Shown piece by piece: positions 49,395-59,879 of a DNA stretch of 64,000 bases; the stretch's first letter is position 1, and every line of letters starts with the position of its first letter. The position numbers and the translations under genes are program-made. The notes under the pieces were generated by a model. It did no database searches. It was not told where the DNA came from and was given only the letters and a program-made list of their open reading frames with translations. The DNA lies in contig CAWBMP010000002.1 of the NCBI GenBank assembly GCA_963790025.1, forward strand, positions 32,001 through 96,000, in the 5' to 3' direction. Origin of the DNA: Nitrospirota bacterium (GTDB lineage: Bacteria; Nitrospirota; Thermodesulfovibrionia; Thermodesulfovibrionales; Dissulfurispiraceae).

Positions 49395-50861
49395 TTATGC
49401 TTCCTTAAATAATCCATCGAATAAATGATTGTATTTTTCAAGGTACCTGATTTCTGTAACCGGTGCACATCTGTCAATCATGTGAGTGAATTCCTTTCCC
49501 TCAGCGATTTGGGCACTCGCCTCATACTCAATTTTTGTTTCAATGATTTTATTGAAAGCAGCCATATCGTCAGATAGCACCTGCATTAATTTCTCAAATT
49601 CCTCAGTGTCGATAAAGAAATAGTTTGTCAGGTCTTCCAGGCAATCCTTGCACATGCTGCTGACGCGGTCCTTAATTATGGCCTCACCTATATAAAACTT
49701 TTCGAAATGTAGAATAAGCTTAATTATAGTTTTATCTGTTTCACCTATTTCTTTGACTGTATCAGCGATCTGAATGTATGCCTCTTTGAAATTATTTAAA
49801 TACTTATCCAGCTGTGCCATCGACGGATATTCCTCTTTCAGAGCTATTGTCATTAGACAAGATTTTTGCTCAACAACTAAGGTATATCGACCAGCATGAA
49901 TAAGCCAGTCAGCCTTTTTTTTGTCACCTACAGTAATGCGTTCAAATTGTCCTGGATTCAAATAGAATCCGAGCACCTCTTCAATGTATTTTTCATAATA
50001 TTCTCCAAAATTGTTTGTAAATGCTTGCGATTGTATTTTCATGTGCTTATCACGAATTAACCAATAAATACCTTCATAGAATTTCCTTGCCCAAATAAAA
50101 GCATTCGAAATGATATATTTGTTTGTGCTCGTCTTTACAATGGGCTTAAAAAATAAAGGGTTGTTTGGGAAAGATGCACCTCTATAATAATTATAATCGC
50201 CAGTGAAATGACCTATGCAAGATCTAAGATTTTCCTCAGTCAAAACAGGGTAAGATTCCTTCAATTCATCTGATATTGTAAACTTAATCACTGAGGAAAC
50301 CTGTAACACTGAGAAGCCAGCCATCTGCAGTTGAGCAAAGCTCTTTATATCAAATCCGGAAAGCTCAACTAAATCATTGTTTGGCTGTATATGATGCTGA
50401 AAATAATTCCTTGGAATCTCCGATAATAGAATAAAATATCTCAGAAAGTTGTAATACAGCTTACCTCCCCTGATTATCTCCTGATACCAAAATTGCTTTT
50501 GCGTTAGCCCAAGTAATATATGCGCTTTCAAATCCTCGCTCGGGATTTCTTCTTTGCTCTTTGCTGCCAATTCATCCGAAACTTTAGCTGATAGGTTGGC
50601 CAGCTTACAAATGTCTTCAGAAGAAGGCATAAGCGATCTATGGTCGTTTGAACTCTTTATCGCAGCATAAGATAAATCCGCCAGAACCCATGCTGGAATC
50701 CACTGCTCATATTTGCGCTGAAAACCTCCAAGGGGAATATCCCATATTACTTTCTTAAAAAAACCGTTACTTAAGAAAATTTCTCTCGATAGTTCCGCCA
50801 GGCAGTATAAAAGCTCATCCAGTTTGAATTTCTTAATTTCTTTCTCTAATTCTTCTAACAT
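49395..50861 (-). CDS. hypothetical protein with C-terminal PD-(D/E)xK-like motif
   Basis: GEYYEKYI...KADWLI...VVEQKS. Confidence 0.6.
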   Translation of the reverse strand: MLEELEKEIKKFKLDELLYCLAELSREIFLSNGFFKKVIWDIPLGGFQRKYEQWIPAWVLADLSYAAIKSSNDHRSLMPSSEDICKLANLSAKVSDELAAKSKEEIPSEDLKAHILLGLTQKQFWYQEIIRGGKLYYNFLRYFILLSEIPRNYFQHHIQPNNDLVELSGFDIKSFAQLQMAGFSVLQVSSVIKFTISDELKESYPVLTEENLRSCIGHFTGDYNYYRGASFPNNPLFFKPIVKTSTNKYIISNAFIWARKFYEGIYWLIRDKHMKIQSQAFTNNFGEYYEKYIEEVLGFYLNPGQFERITVGDKKKADWLIHAGRYTLVVEQKSCLMTIALKEEYPSMAQLDKYLNNFKEAYIQIADTVKEIGETDKTIIKLILHFEKFYIGEAIIKDRVSSMCKDCLEDLTNYFFIDTEEFEKLMQVLSDDMAAFNKIIETKIEYEASAQIAEGKEFTHMIDRCAPVTEIRYLEKYNHLFDGLFKEA

Positions 50862-50955
50862 GTAATTTTTTATCGAGCGAAACGGTTCCGAGTTGTTCTA
50901 TTGTAATCTATTTGCAGATTTCAGAATAGACTCGTAGACAATCATTTTACGGTAG

Positions 50956-52338
50956 TTACTTTTTACGGTTGGCTTTATCTACCACCTTGGCTTCAGTATC
51001 CTTTGAACCGAGGGCGGCAAATACAACCATCTGTGCTGTGAGGTCAGTGCAGGCATAGTTTTCCATCGTGGTTCGGATGTCAGTATGCCCCAGCACTCCT
51101 TGAATCGCCTGTATCGGCACTCCGGCTGTGGCCGCCTGTGATGCCACGGAATGCCTTGTGCCGTTCTTAAGTTTTATCTGAACCTCTGCTTGTTTACACG
51201 CTTCATTCCACATATTGTTTACCGGCTTGATGGTGTATGGCCTGCCGGTCCTGGGGTTCAGGAATACATAGGCTTCGGGGAGTTTGTCTGCACACAGGTT
51301 CCTTAACATGGGTATCAATTCAGGGTTGATCATCCGAGGCTTCACCATTCTGGGCTTGGGACATTCTCTGATGATACGGTCTGAAAAGGTTCTGGCAACA
51401 GTGATAATGCCTCTTTCAAAATCAAAGTCTTTCACCTTCAGTGATCGTGCTTCTCCTGGGCGTATCCCCTGTCGTGTCAGGAATGTGAATATTGGTCTAT
51501 CAGGCTCGGGTATGAAGGAAAGTATTTTATCCTGGGTTTCCCGATCGGTCCACTTTGGTGGAGCTTTTAGGACTGAGATTCTTGGGAAGCCCTGTGGCTT
51601 TGTCTTTATAAACTCAAATTCGAGCATATCGTTAAAAAAGTTCTCCAGACAGTCCATAATGCCCTTCTGGTATTTGGGTCTATACTTACTGTTCAAGGAC
51701 TCGTAAAACTGCCGGATGTCATAAGAACGGATATTCCTGATATCCTTGTCTCTGAAATACTTCTTGTAAAAGTTCCTGATGTATGTTTTGTATGTTTTCA
51801 AGGTGCTGGGAGCCAGGTTATCCCGCTCTTTTCCATTTATCCATTCCTGTATCCGGGTTGAGAAGTAATATTTCGCCAGTTCGGCCTTCAAATAATCTTT
51901 CGGGTCGAAGGTATGTTTTTCAATTTCAGCTTCCATGCTTGAAAGGAGGTTATAGGCTCTCTGGAATGTATCGAGCGGCTGCCCCTGTTTGTCGCTAAAG
52001 AACCGTTGACGAGAGCCGTTCCAGCTAAGGTCAACATAGAAGTGTTTGGGGACGGTTTTATGTTTTGGGCAGATAAAGCCGTTCCTGCCTATAAGCATAA
52101 AAGGTCCATCGCATTTGGGGCATCTGCCCTTCGCCCTTATAGCTCCTGCCATGTCTAATCCTTCATTGACAAGTCCTAAAATGTTCTGAATAGCCTCAAG
52201 GCTATCCTCTGTCAACGCCCTTTTTTTCTTTCTCTGTACAGGACCATAGACCAGTTTATCGGGATCAGTCAAGCCTTGGATGCCGGTAGTTTGAGTCTTC
52301 TCCGGCTCATTGTTTTTCACTGTTTTTACAGACTTCAT
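50956..52338 (-). CDS. tyrosine recombinase/integrase
   Basis: GIRPGEA (R), KP (K), TRHS (R), LGH, NY (Y); N-terminal CPKC..CPKH; GGGAGG RBS. Confidence 0.93.
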   Translation of the reverse strand: MKSVKTVKNNEPEKTQTTGIQGLTDPDKLVYGPVQRKKKRALTEDSLEAIQNILGLVNEGLDMAGAIRAKGRCPKCDGPFMLIGRNGFICPKHKTVPKHFYVDLSWNGSRQRFFSDKQGQPLDTFQRAYNLLSSMEAEIEKHTFDPKDYLKAELAKYYFSTRIQEWINGKERDNLAPSTLKTYKTYIRNFYKKYFRDKDIRNIRSYDIRQFYESLNSKYRPKYQKGIMDCLENFFNDMLEFEFIKTKPQGFPRISVLKAPPKWTDRETQDKILSFIPEPDRPIFTFLTRQGIRPGEARSLKVKDFDFERGIITVARTFSDRIIRECPKPRMVKPRMINPELIPMLRNLCADKLPEAYVFLNPRTGRPYTIKPVNNMWNEACKQAEVQIKLKNGTRHSVASQAATAGVPIQAIQGVLGHTDIRTTMENYACTDLTAQMVVFAALGSKDTEAKVVDKANRKK

Positions 52339-52507
52339 AAATAAATAATCCTCCCATAAAATTTATACTCCTATTAGGCACGATCTCGAGCGCGGAAGCC
52401 AAGTTAAATCTGCATCCATTGCAATATTTTTTATTCCTCATAGTCCTATGACGCCATACAATCGGAGCGGAAGCCAAGCTCTTTCTTGCCATTGCAATTA
52501 AACAATA

Positions 52508-52534
52508 CCGTTATGGCTGGTCCCGCCATAACGG
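52508..52534. repeat. 10-bp-stem hairpin between T4CP and integrase
   Basis: CCGTTATGGC-TGGTCCC-GCCATAACGG. Confidence 0.65.
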
Positions 52535-52541
52535 GAAACAC

Positions 52542-54354
52542 CTACCACCTGATTTCACCTATTTCAGGCACCTCATCCTTGCCATAATCGACTCTATCCT
52601 TGTTCCCGGGGCCTCGCTTTTTCTTATTCACATTGACCACTTCTTTTTGTATTTCTACCTGTTGTTTTATGATGTTCTCCATGAGAAAGTCAGACTTTAA
52701 GAGAAATGATTCATTTCTGTCCCGATATGATTTATAGGCGAGTTTTGTCTTAGTAATATCGTAATTGGCTATCTTTACAAGGCATTCCAAGTCCCGGAGG
52801 CTCATAATGTCGGAGGGGAGGATAAGTCTTTCTGTTTTTCTTCTTTTGGTCTGGGAGTAGCCGTCTTTCGTGTGGGACACCCCATCGGAATAGGTTTCCT
52901 CCGTCTCCCAAAATTCCGTCTCACCTATCTTTCGGGATAGAAAATCAGCGGTAGTCGGGTCGGCAACCGAAAACAGAACGCTGTTCCCACAGGCGTTAAC
53001 AATTGCCTGGCGCAGCTGCTCGCTATAAATCTTATCCAGCTGCCCGATATCCTGAATACCCAGCCAGCAGGAGCCGCCCTTAGATCGAGAGAGCGTTAAT
53101 AGCCTCACGATAGTTGAAAGCTTCTGGAGAGTGCCCAGTTCATCCAGAAAAAAGAATATCCGCCGGTGGTAGTCATCTTTCATCGACAGGAGCCTTCTAC
53201 CCATAAGGTCGATAAAGAGGGACAGGATAGGCTTTAGTGTATCCTGCACATCAGCATAATTTGTTACGAATATCCACCCCTTCCCTCTTTCAAGCCAGTC
53301 AACTATTGAAAAGGATACCATCCAACTTCGACATATATTCAAAACTCTTCGTGAACTGCATAAGAACAGAAAACACTGACAGTGCCTGCTTGCTGGTGGG
53401 ATCCTCTATATACCTGCACCCTCTTTGCCCTCCGACAGTATGATTCATCCTTTCGGCAATATCTATGCCGGGGGCCGTGATTTCTTTCCAGATGTCGGCA
53501 TTGGATTTAGCTCCCCCCTGGTAAAGGTAGTGCAGAATACCGGCAAACACATCCCGGGCGGCATCGTTCCAAAAAGGATCTCCCATTAGAGCTTGAGGTA
53601 TCAGGCTGTGCGCGATGGCGTCGATATCCATGGCTGTGGTGATTTCATTAAAAATGCTCCAGCCCAGGCAGCGCCGGTCCAGAGGATTGAATAAGATGTC
53701 CGTATCCGGATTATAAAACCGGCTTACATAGTCCCCTTTGAAGTCATACACGATACCACGTTCACCTCGCTCTTTGAGCCTCTCCAGCACTTGGGACAGA
53801 AAAACCGTCTTACCGACGCCGGGCCGTCCAACAATAAAAGCATGTTTTGGCTCTGCCGATACCGGCAACCTGACTTCTCCAAGAGGCAGGGCTGCTTTCT
53901 CCTTATCTTTTTTAATTTGCTTCATTACCTCACGTTCAGTGATCAGGCTGGCTCCACGTTCATATTTCCGCTTCCTCTGCTTAACCGCTCGGAATTTGAA
54001 TATTCCAATAGCAAGGGGATAGAAAATATATACCACCCCGCACAGGAGGAAAATCCGCTTCATCCTATTACAATATTCATCCGCATAGGGAGCAACCACT
54101 TCACGCAATTTGCCTGCTGTCATGTGATATTCGGCACCGGATTCTCCTACAAGAGACATTTTGTAACTGTCTGGGACAAACTGAGCGAAGAGATATTTGA
54201 AGGAAATGTTTGTTTCTGTCCTGTATACAACCAGCCCCATAACCATGAATACTGATATATGAGCCATCACGAGTAACAACATCGTGTATAGGTGCATCTT
54301 CGCATTTAGCCTGACTGCATTCCACCAGAGTCCGAAGCCCTTGTATGATTCCAT
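52542..54354 (-). pseudogene. TrwB/TraD-like type IV coupling protein, +1 frameshift at ~53316
   Basis: two TM helices, Walker A GRPGVGKT, YDFKG, FNPLDRR and FWNDAAR in one frame; Walker B FFLDELG and GIQDIGQL in the next; span is 3n+1. Confidence 0.88.
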
Positions 54355-54623
54355 GTGCGCTCCCCTGATTAATATTGTGCTACCAGGGAGGTGAATGCTT
54401 ACAGGATAGGAGTTTTAGGGGCATCAATGCCCTGATCCTCATATACTTCTCTACTTTGCTTTCTGCATCGTAAGATAGCTGTTCTTCCTGCTAATAAACA
54501 TCGTTGCTTTTTGGTATAATGAGGCAGATTACAAAAGGGAACTGCCTCAAAAACACATGAATTGCCCAAAAAGTAAAGCATGAGGGTCAGGCAAAATTGC
54601 TAACTTATATTGGAGAATTGTAA

Positions 54624-56057
54624 ATGTCAACATTTTCGAAATTTTTTGGCATAAATAAAACCCAGGCTGAACTGGATTTTGTAGATGTGCCACTTAACAA
54701 GGATACGGCTCTCTTTATTGACCCATACGCCATATCGCAGAGAAGGGACTCTTGGAGCCAGTCATGTCATGAACTAATTAAGTACTTTTTTCAGTTGATC
54801 ATTGAAAGTATTCGGGCTGGCAACTATGATAAGGCTAAGGAATTATTGCTTTACCTAAAAGAACCGAATGAAACACGTCTTGGGTTCTCCAAGAATCGAC
54901 CACAAGGGGCCGGGATAGGTCACTTTCAAGCCGAGCAGCTTTACCGAGCAATCAGCGAGTCCACCGCTGTAAAAACTGGTTTTCTCTCTTCTCTAGAGGA
55001 ATGTGAGTTGATGATTGATGGCATTAGTAGAGATAAGATTTCAGACCTTACAACAAACATTATACGCAAAAAAATCGAAGAGTATACTATTGAACAATGT
55101 AAGCTCTATGATATATCGCTCCAAGAAGTTGCTCTTCCCCCGTATTTTTCGATAGAGGAGAACACTTGGGTAAGCGATTATTACCACCTCCCAGTCCATA
55201 AAAACAGGCCCATCCTTCTGGTTCCAAAGTTTGTTGCAAGATATTCACTTGATTATAATTCGGGTGATTATTATAACAATTACGTTATCAACTTTCTTCA
55301 AGCAGAAAACTTATCAGCTGGGAGCAGCCTTGTTAGAACTCTTAGGAATGGCAAAAGGGTCATTTACAGAAAAGATTTAAAAGCAAGATACCCTTTTTCC
55401 AAAAAATTTCTCTTTGAGTTTTCAAAGAGTAATCCAACAATTCTTGCAAACTATAGGGCAGCCTTGCGTGCCTTTGAAAAAAAACACCATGAGATAAACG
55501 AGGGATCAGAAGATGAGCAATTATTAGCTGATTCTCTGTCAATAGCTTTGCATAATATTCCTCCAGGTTCTGAATATGCTTCTTCTTATCACAATCTTAT
55601 GCTTGGTATTCTTGAATTTATATTTTATCCATATCTTATTTATCCGAGAAAAGAGAATGAAATTCACCAAGGACGGAGGCGTATAGATATTGTGATGGAG
55701 AATGGTGCTAAGTCTGGAATATTCAGAAGATTGCATGAGATACGTAAGATTCACTGCCCCTTTATATCAATTGAATGCAAGAATTATAAAACGGATGTAA
55801 CAAATCCAGAAATTGACCAATTGTCTGGTCGGTTTTCGCGTGATAGAGGAATCGTCGGTGTTCTATGCTGTCGAAGTTTTGAAGATGATAATCTTTTCAT
55901 AAAGCGGTGTGTTGATACTTTTAAGGATGGAAGAGGTCTCATAATTCATCTTGATGATAATAGGATAGAAGAGCTTCTCAGTTTAACGAGAAATAATAAG
56001 CGGAATCAGATGGATTCAAAAGTCACTGGCTACTTTGATGCAGTGCACTTTTCATAG
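54624..56057 (+). CDS. hypothetical protein with C-terminal restriction-endonuclease fold
   Basis: ENEIHQGRRRIDIV...IECKNY...IDQL. Confidence 0.7.
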   Translation: MSTFSKFFGINKTQAELDFVDVPLNKDTALFIDPYAISQRRDSWSQSCHELIKYFFQLIIESIRAGNYDKAKELLLYLKEPNETRLGFSKNRPQGAGIGHFQAEQLYRAISESTAVKTGFLSSLEECELMIDGISRDKISDLTTNIIRKKIEEYTIEQCKLYDISLQEVALPPYFSIEENTWVSDYYHLPVHKNRPILLVPKFVARYSLDYNSGDYYNNYVINFLQAENLSAGSSLVRTLRNGKRVIYRKDLKARYPFSKKFLFEFSKSNPTILANYRAALRAFEKKHHEINEGSEDEQLLADSLSIALHNIPPGSEYASSYHNLMLGILEFIFYPYLIYPRKENEIHQGRRRIDIVMENGAKSGIFRRLHEIRKIHCPFISIECKNYKTDVTNPEIDQLSGRFSRDRGIVGVLCCRSFEDDNLFIKRCVDTFKDGRGLIIHLDDNRIEELLSLTRNNKRNQMDSKVTGYFDAVHFS

Positions 56058-56076
56058 CCTTGAATGCTAAAGCATC

Positions 56077-57108
56077 ATGAGACAATTTACAGTCATAATA
56101 GAACAAATTAATCAGAGTAAGAACCTTATTCTTGAGAATGATACTGCCTCCCTCCGTATGGCGCTGATTTTACTTGATAATGCCGCCGAAATTCTCATGT
56201 ACAGAAAGGTGTTAAGTGAATTCGGCGATAACGAAATATGCCGAAAGATTCGCGAGCAGGCAAAGTCAGCACTGCCACCAGACGTTTTCGACAAATTTTT
56301 ATCTGAACACGCAGTACCGGAAATTCTTGAGGAAAAGAAAAAGAGAAAGATTATAAAGTATTTTGATGAAAAAATAACTTTTTTATGTGATGCCTGCGGT
56401 CATATCCCCGGCCCCGTGGGGGCAGTATTGTCTTCACTTCACAGGTACAGGAATGAAACATATCATCGTGACATAATACGAAACGAGATACTGCGTCCCA
56501 TTGCCATTCTTTATTTTGAATTGGTTTGTGAGCTTCTGACTTATCTACAACAAAGTGCCGTTAGTTACCATAGCGAAGACGATTGGTCGCATTTTTTCAC
56601 GAAGTTTGGCTTCGGCGAGAGGCAATATAAAATGAGGATGCTAAGTGATGAAGACATTGAAACAATCTTGAATAGATTCCGGGCGGAATTGTCAATCAAC
56701 TTAAATGAGCTAAGGGAGACTCTCCAAGAATATGCAATTAACAGACTCGACGAAACTTTAGACAGGCTCAACTTTATATCAGACACGATGGGTATCAAAT
56801 CATGCGATACCACTTTAAAACTCATGCAGTTCACGCAAACAAGTGAGTCTCTAAAATATAATAATAGAAACCTACTCCTCCAAAGCAAGAAATTTAATGA
56901 ATACGCAGCCCCGATTACAGCGGTCGTTTTCTTAAATTGGAAGACAAATGCACAGCATTTTGTTAGTCTCCAGGATAAACTTGACCTATTTATTGCCTTC
57001 AAGAACTTAGAAGATCAGTTTGAACCTATTGAACATAGAATATATGATGTCGCAGATAAATTAGATCAGGAAATTCAGTTTGCTATAGATTTGGCGCGAG
57101 GAAAATAG
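56077..57108 (+). CDS. HEPN-like domain protein
   Basis: LDNAAE helix and RNETYH (RxxxxH) motif. Confidence 0.55.
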   Translation: MRQFTVIIEQINQSKNLILENDTASLRMALILLDNAAEILMYRKVLSEFGDNEICRKIREQAKSALPPDVFDKFLSEHAVPEILEEKKKRKIIKYFDEKITFLCDACGHIPGPVGAVLSSLHRYRNETYHRDIIRNEILRPIAILYFELVCELLTYLQQSAVSYHSEDDWSHFFTKFGFGERQYKMRMLSDEDIETILNRFRAELSINLNELRETLQEYAINRLDETLDRLNFISDTMGIKSCDTTLKLMQFTQTSESLKYNNRNLLLQSKKFNEYAAPITAVVFLNWKTNAQHFVSLQDKLDLFIAFKNLEDQFEPIEHRIYDVADKLDQEIQFAIDLARGK

Positions 57109-57158
57109 AGTTCTGAAATATGAAAATGCTAAAGAGATGTTAGAAGCTTGTACCGTCA

Positions 57159-59612
57159 TCACGTTTTCGACTGCAAATTCCAGAAAATATTCCCGCAGGG
57201 ACACTTTACATTCGCTGGAATCGTGCCTGCCATGTTAAGTCCAATTACTCCAGGGCACTCAGAACATCTGAATATCCCTTCCATATCCTGAAATGCTTCC
57301 ACTATCGGTAGAAAATCCTCTTTCGAGAAATCTCCCCATTTAGAATAATGGACATTTTCATTTATTCCCCATTGCTCCATCTGTGTACGCTGAATGATCT
57401 CAGCGGCCTGCGATTCCATTTCAGTATACTTTTCGACTTCTTCACGCTTGTTCCAGCTGTTTGCAGCATTCTTAGCTGATTTAAGGTGCTCCTTAAACGC
57501 CTTCTTCGCTCCATTAAGAAAATCCCCTAGCTCCCATCTGCCGTCACTCTTGTAGCAGACTTCCGCCTTCAGCGAGTCGCACACATTCTCATAGAAGAAT
57601 TCTAAGTGCTCTCTGAGTTGGTGAGCTGCTGACGCTATCTCGTTATTTTCCAATTTTCTTCGGATACCTTCCCACACATCACTATGCCCTTCTTGTCTTG
57701 GTCCGCTCTCTACCGTCCATGCCCTGAATTCAACCATGTTACGGCTGCGCACCACGCCATCAGTACTAAGCTGCCTTGCCCACGTCCTGTTGTGTGTTGT
57801 TATTATGAACTGGCTATCGGGAAAATGATGCTTTAGGAGTTTGCATATGTTTCTTCGATGGTTGCTGTCGATAGACATAACCACATCGTCAAGCATAATA
57901 AGTTTGACCTTATCCTCAGATATTTTTTTATTTAACGCTAAGTAAAGGCAGAGACCCATGCTGTCCTGATGCCCCTCGCTGTGAAGCGCTCGCGGGTGAT
58001 GTATGCCCCTACCATAGAAGGCCACCTTGAATTCAAGTTGGGCGCCTTCCGGTTTAAGTTCTGCATAAAAGTCTTTTTCGTCTTCACCATGCAAAAACTT
58101 GTAAAAGACGGTGAAATCCTGATTTACTGAATCATACAGATTTTCCAGAACCTTATCCTTGGTTTCGGTATAAGTCTTTGACAAAACAGTGGCGCGCTCG
58201 GCGAATTTAGTCGAACTCTCGTATTTTCCCTTTTCGCCAAAATACCTTGTGAGAATAGGCTTGAGTGCTGTCAACGCATCCCACGCTTCTTGTTCCGGCG
58301 TAAGCTTCACGACCCCTTCCGTAATCTTCTCAAGTTCTTTACAGTATGACTCGCAATTTTCACCAGCAATAAACATAGTGATGTCATCCTTATTAGGTTC
58401 TTCTAGCGGATAATCCTCCAATGCTTGCCTTAATGCATCAGCCCATGCAGTCAGCCTCTTTTTCCAGGCCTCCAAAGTATTCTTAATATTTTCCTGCCCG
58501 AGTTTTTCAGAAGCATCCACTATGGTACTTAAATAGCCAATGAGCTTCGTGATTTCGGTATCATTCTGAGTTGTGAGTTTGCGAATCTTTTCCTCTATTT
58601 CCTCTGCCTCTTTTGCCGTAAGAAGTCTCTGCCGAAGGAATATCTCAAGTTTACCAGGTTCCCATTTTGTCAGGCAAAGCGGACAAGAGCCTGTTTCATC
58701 AATCAAAGATATCCCCAAGTCAAGAAGCCTCTTGCCTGCAAGATCTCTCTTAAGCTTTTCATTTTCCTTCAATGTCCTGATTGTCTCTCTGAGATTTTTT
58801 TCTGTCTCATAAACTTGAGAGCCCATTTCGCGAATCAATTTATCTAAGGCGAACAAAGTCCTTTTAAGCGACTCCGGATCCACCTGGGTCTTTTCGTCCT
58901 TCGTTAACGGGCTTATGTACTCCTTCAGCTTATGTGATTCTAGGGAGTCAAGCGGATCTCCTTTGAGAATTGCTCGACAGGCATTTACCTTTTTCAATAC
59001 ACCTTCTTCCGAGAATCCTCCCAGTCCCAATGTCGTTTTTATGCTCGCCATAGAGGTCTCGTAGTTGGCCTTATCAGTCTGTACAGCCCTGTCCGCTTCT
59101 CTCTTTATTGTCACAAATACTTTTCGTATTTCCTCCAACCTGTCCAGATTGAGGATAGCCTGAATTTCTTCGGCTCTTTTGCCGGACTCTGCCGCTATGT
59201 ATTTCAATATTTCAGACCGAGATAGGACATGCTGGCCTTTCTCAGCAATCTCAAGGGTTTCTCCAAATATTTCCTGCGCTATATTTGGACAAATCAATTC
59301 TTTCGGCTTAGACATCTCTCTTCTCAATGGAATAGGCTCGTCAATTCCAGCTATCTCGATTTTTGCAGTTACCACTGCTGCCTCAGGCTCTGCGTCTATG
59401 TGAGGGCCGTGGTCTTTCAGGCTTATCCCTCTCGTTCCCCTTCCTGTCAGCCTGGATATATCTCCAGTGAAAAGGAATTCTATTGCATCTATGACAGCGC
59501 TTTTGCCGGTGCCGTTTGGCCCGTAAATCACGAGATTTTCGCCATTCGGCTTAAGGGAAATCCTATTTCTTATCCCTCTGACGTTTTCTATTTCAAACTC
59601 AAGAATTTTCAT
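57159..59612 (-). CDS. SMC/Rad50-like ABC ATPase with zinc hook and C-terminal CxxC..CxC
   Basis: GPNGTGKS, CPLC, HSEGH signature, LDDVV, TTH, CSEC...CPC; start MKILEF at 59612. Confidence 0.85.
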   Translation of the reverse strand: MKILEFEIENVRGIRNRISLKPNGENLVIYGPNGTGKSAVIDAIEFLFTGDISRLTGRGTRGISLKDHGPHIDAEPEAAVVTAKIEIAGIDEPIPLRREMSKPKELICPNIAQEIFGETLEIAEKGQHVLSRSEILKYIAAESGKRAEEIQAILNLDRLEEIRKVFVTIKREADRAVQTDKANYETSMASIKTTLGLGGFSEEGVLKKVNACRAILKGDPLDSLESHKLKEYISPLTKDEKTQVDPESLKRTLFALDKLIREMGSQVYETEKNLRETIRTLKENEKLKRDLAGKRLLDLGISLIDETGSCPLCLTKWEPGKLEIFLRQRLLTAKEAEEIEEKIRKLTTQNDTEITKLIGYLSTIVDASEKLGQENIKNTLEAWKKRLTAWADALRQALEDYPLEEPNKDDITMFIAGENCESYCKELEKITEGVVKLTPEQEAWDALTALKPILTRYFGEKGKYESSTKFAERATVLSKTYTETKDKVLENLYDSVNQDFTVFYKFLHGEDEKDFYAELKPEGAQLEFKVAFYGRGIHHPRALHSEGHQDSMGLCLYLALNKKISEDKVKLIMLDDVVMSIDSNHRRNICKLLKHHFPDSQFIITTHNRTWARQLSTDGVVRSRNMVEFRAWTVESGPRQEGHSDVWEGIRRKLENNEIASAAHQLREHLEFFYENVCDSLKAEVCYKSDGRWELGDFLNGAKKAFKEHLKSAKNAANSWNKREEVEKYTEMESQAAEIIQRTQMEQWGINENVHYSKWGDFSKEDFLPIVEAFQDMEGIFRCSECPGVIGLNMAGTIPANVKCPCGNIFWNLQSKT

Positions 59613-59778
59613 CGTTCTCTTCAATTTTAAGCAGCTTCGCTATATCATCTTTCCTTAAATCCCGGGAATGGAGGATCTTTTTAAGGGATTCGAGGTGCCC
59701 TTCATTTAGAAAGCCGGTTACTTCTAACTCTTCTATGAACTTATTTATTACTTGCTTGGATACAGATGTTAAAGCCAT
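59599..59778 (-). CDS. 59-aa small protein coupled to the ATPase (below the ORF-track cutoff)
   Basis: GGAG RBS; MALTSVSKQVINKFIEELEVTGFLNEGHLESLKKILHSRDLRKDDIAKLLKIEENDENS; overlaps the ATPase ATG. Confidence 0.75.
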   Translation of the reverse strand: MALTSVSKQVINKFIEELEVTGFLNEGHLESLKKILHSRDLRKDDIAKLLKIEENDENS

Positions 59779-59879
59779 CTTTTCTTCTCCAAAGAGATGT
59801 TCAGAACGCCTGAAATATTAATTGCTTCAGTATATCTCGTAAGTCTGCTGATACTCAAGGGGAAATCAAATATCATCTA

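Noticed and set aside
45014..52338. Integron (integrase followed by a co-oriented gene array)
   Set aside because: I found no attC-like RYYYAAC...GTTRRRY palindromes between the genes, and the integrase does not show the IntI-specific insertion.
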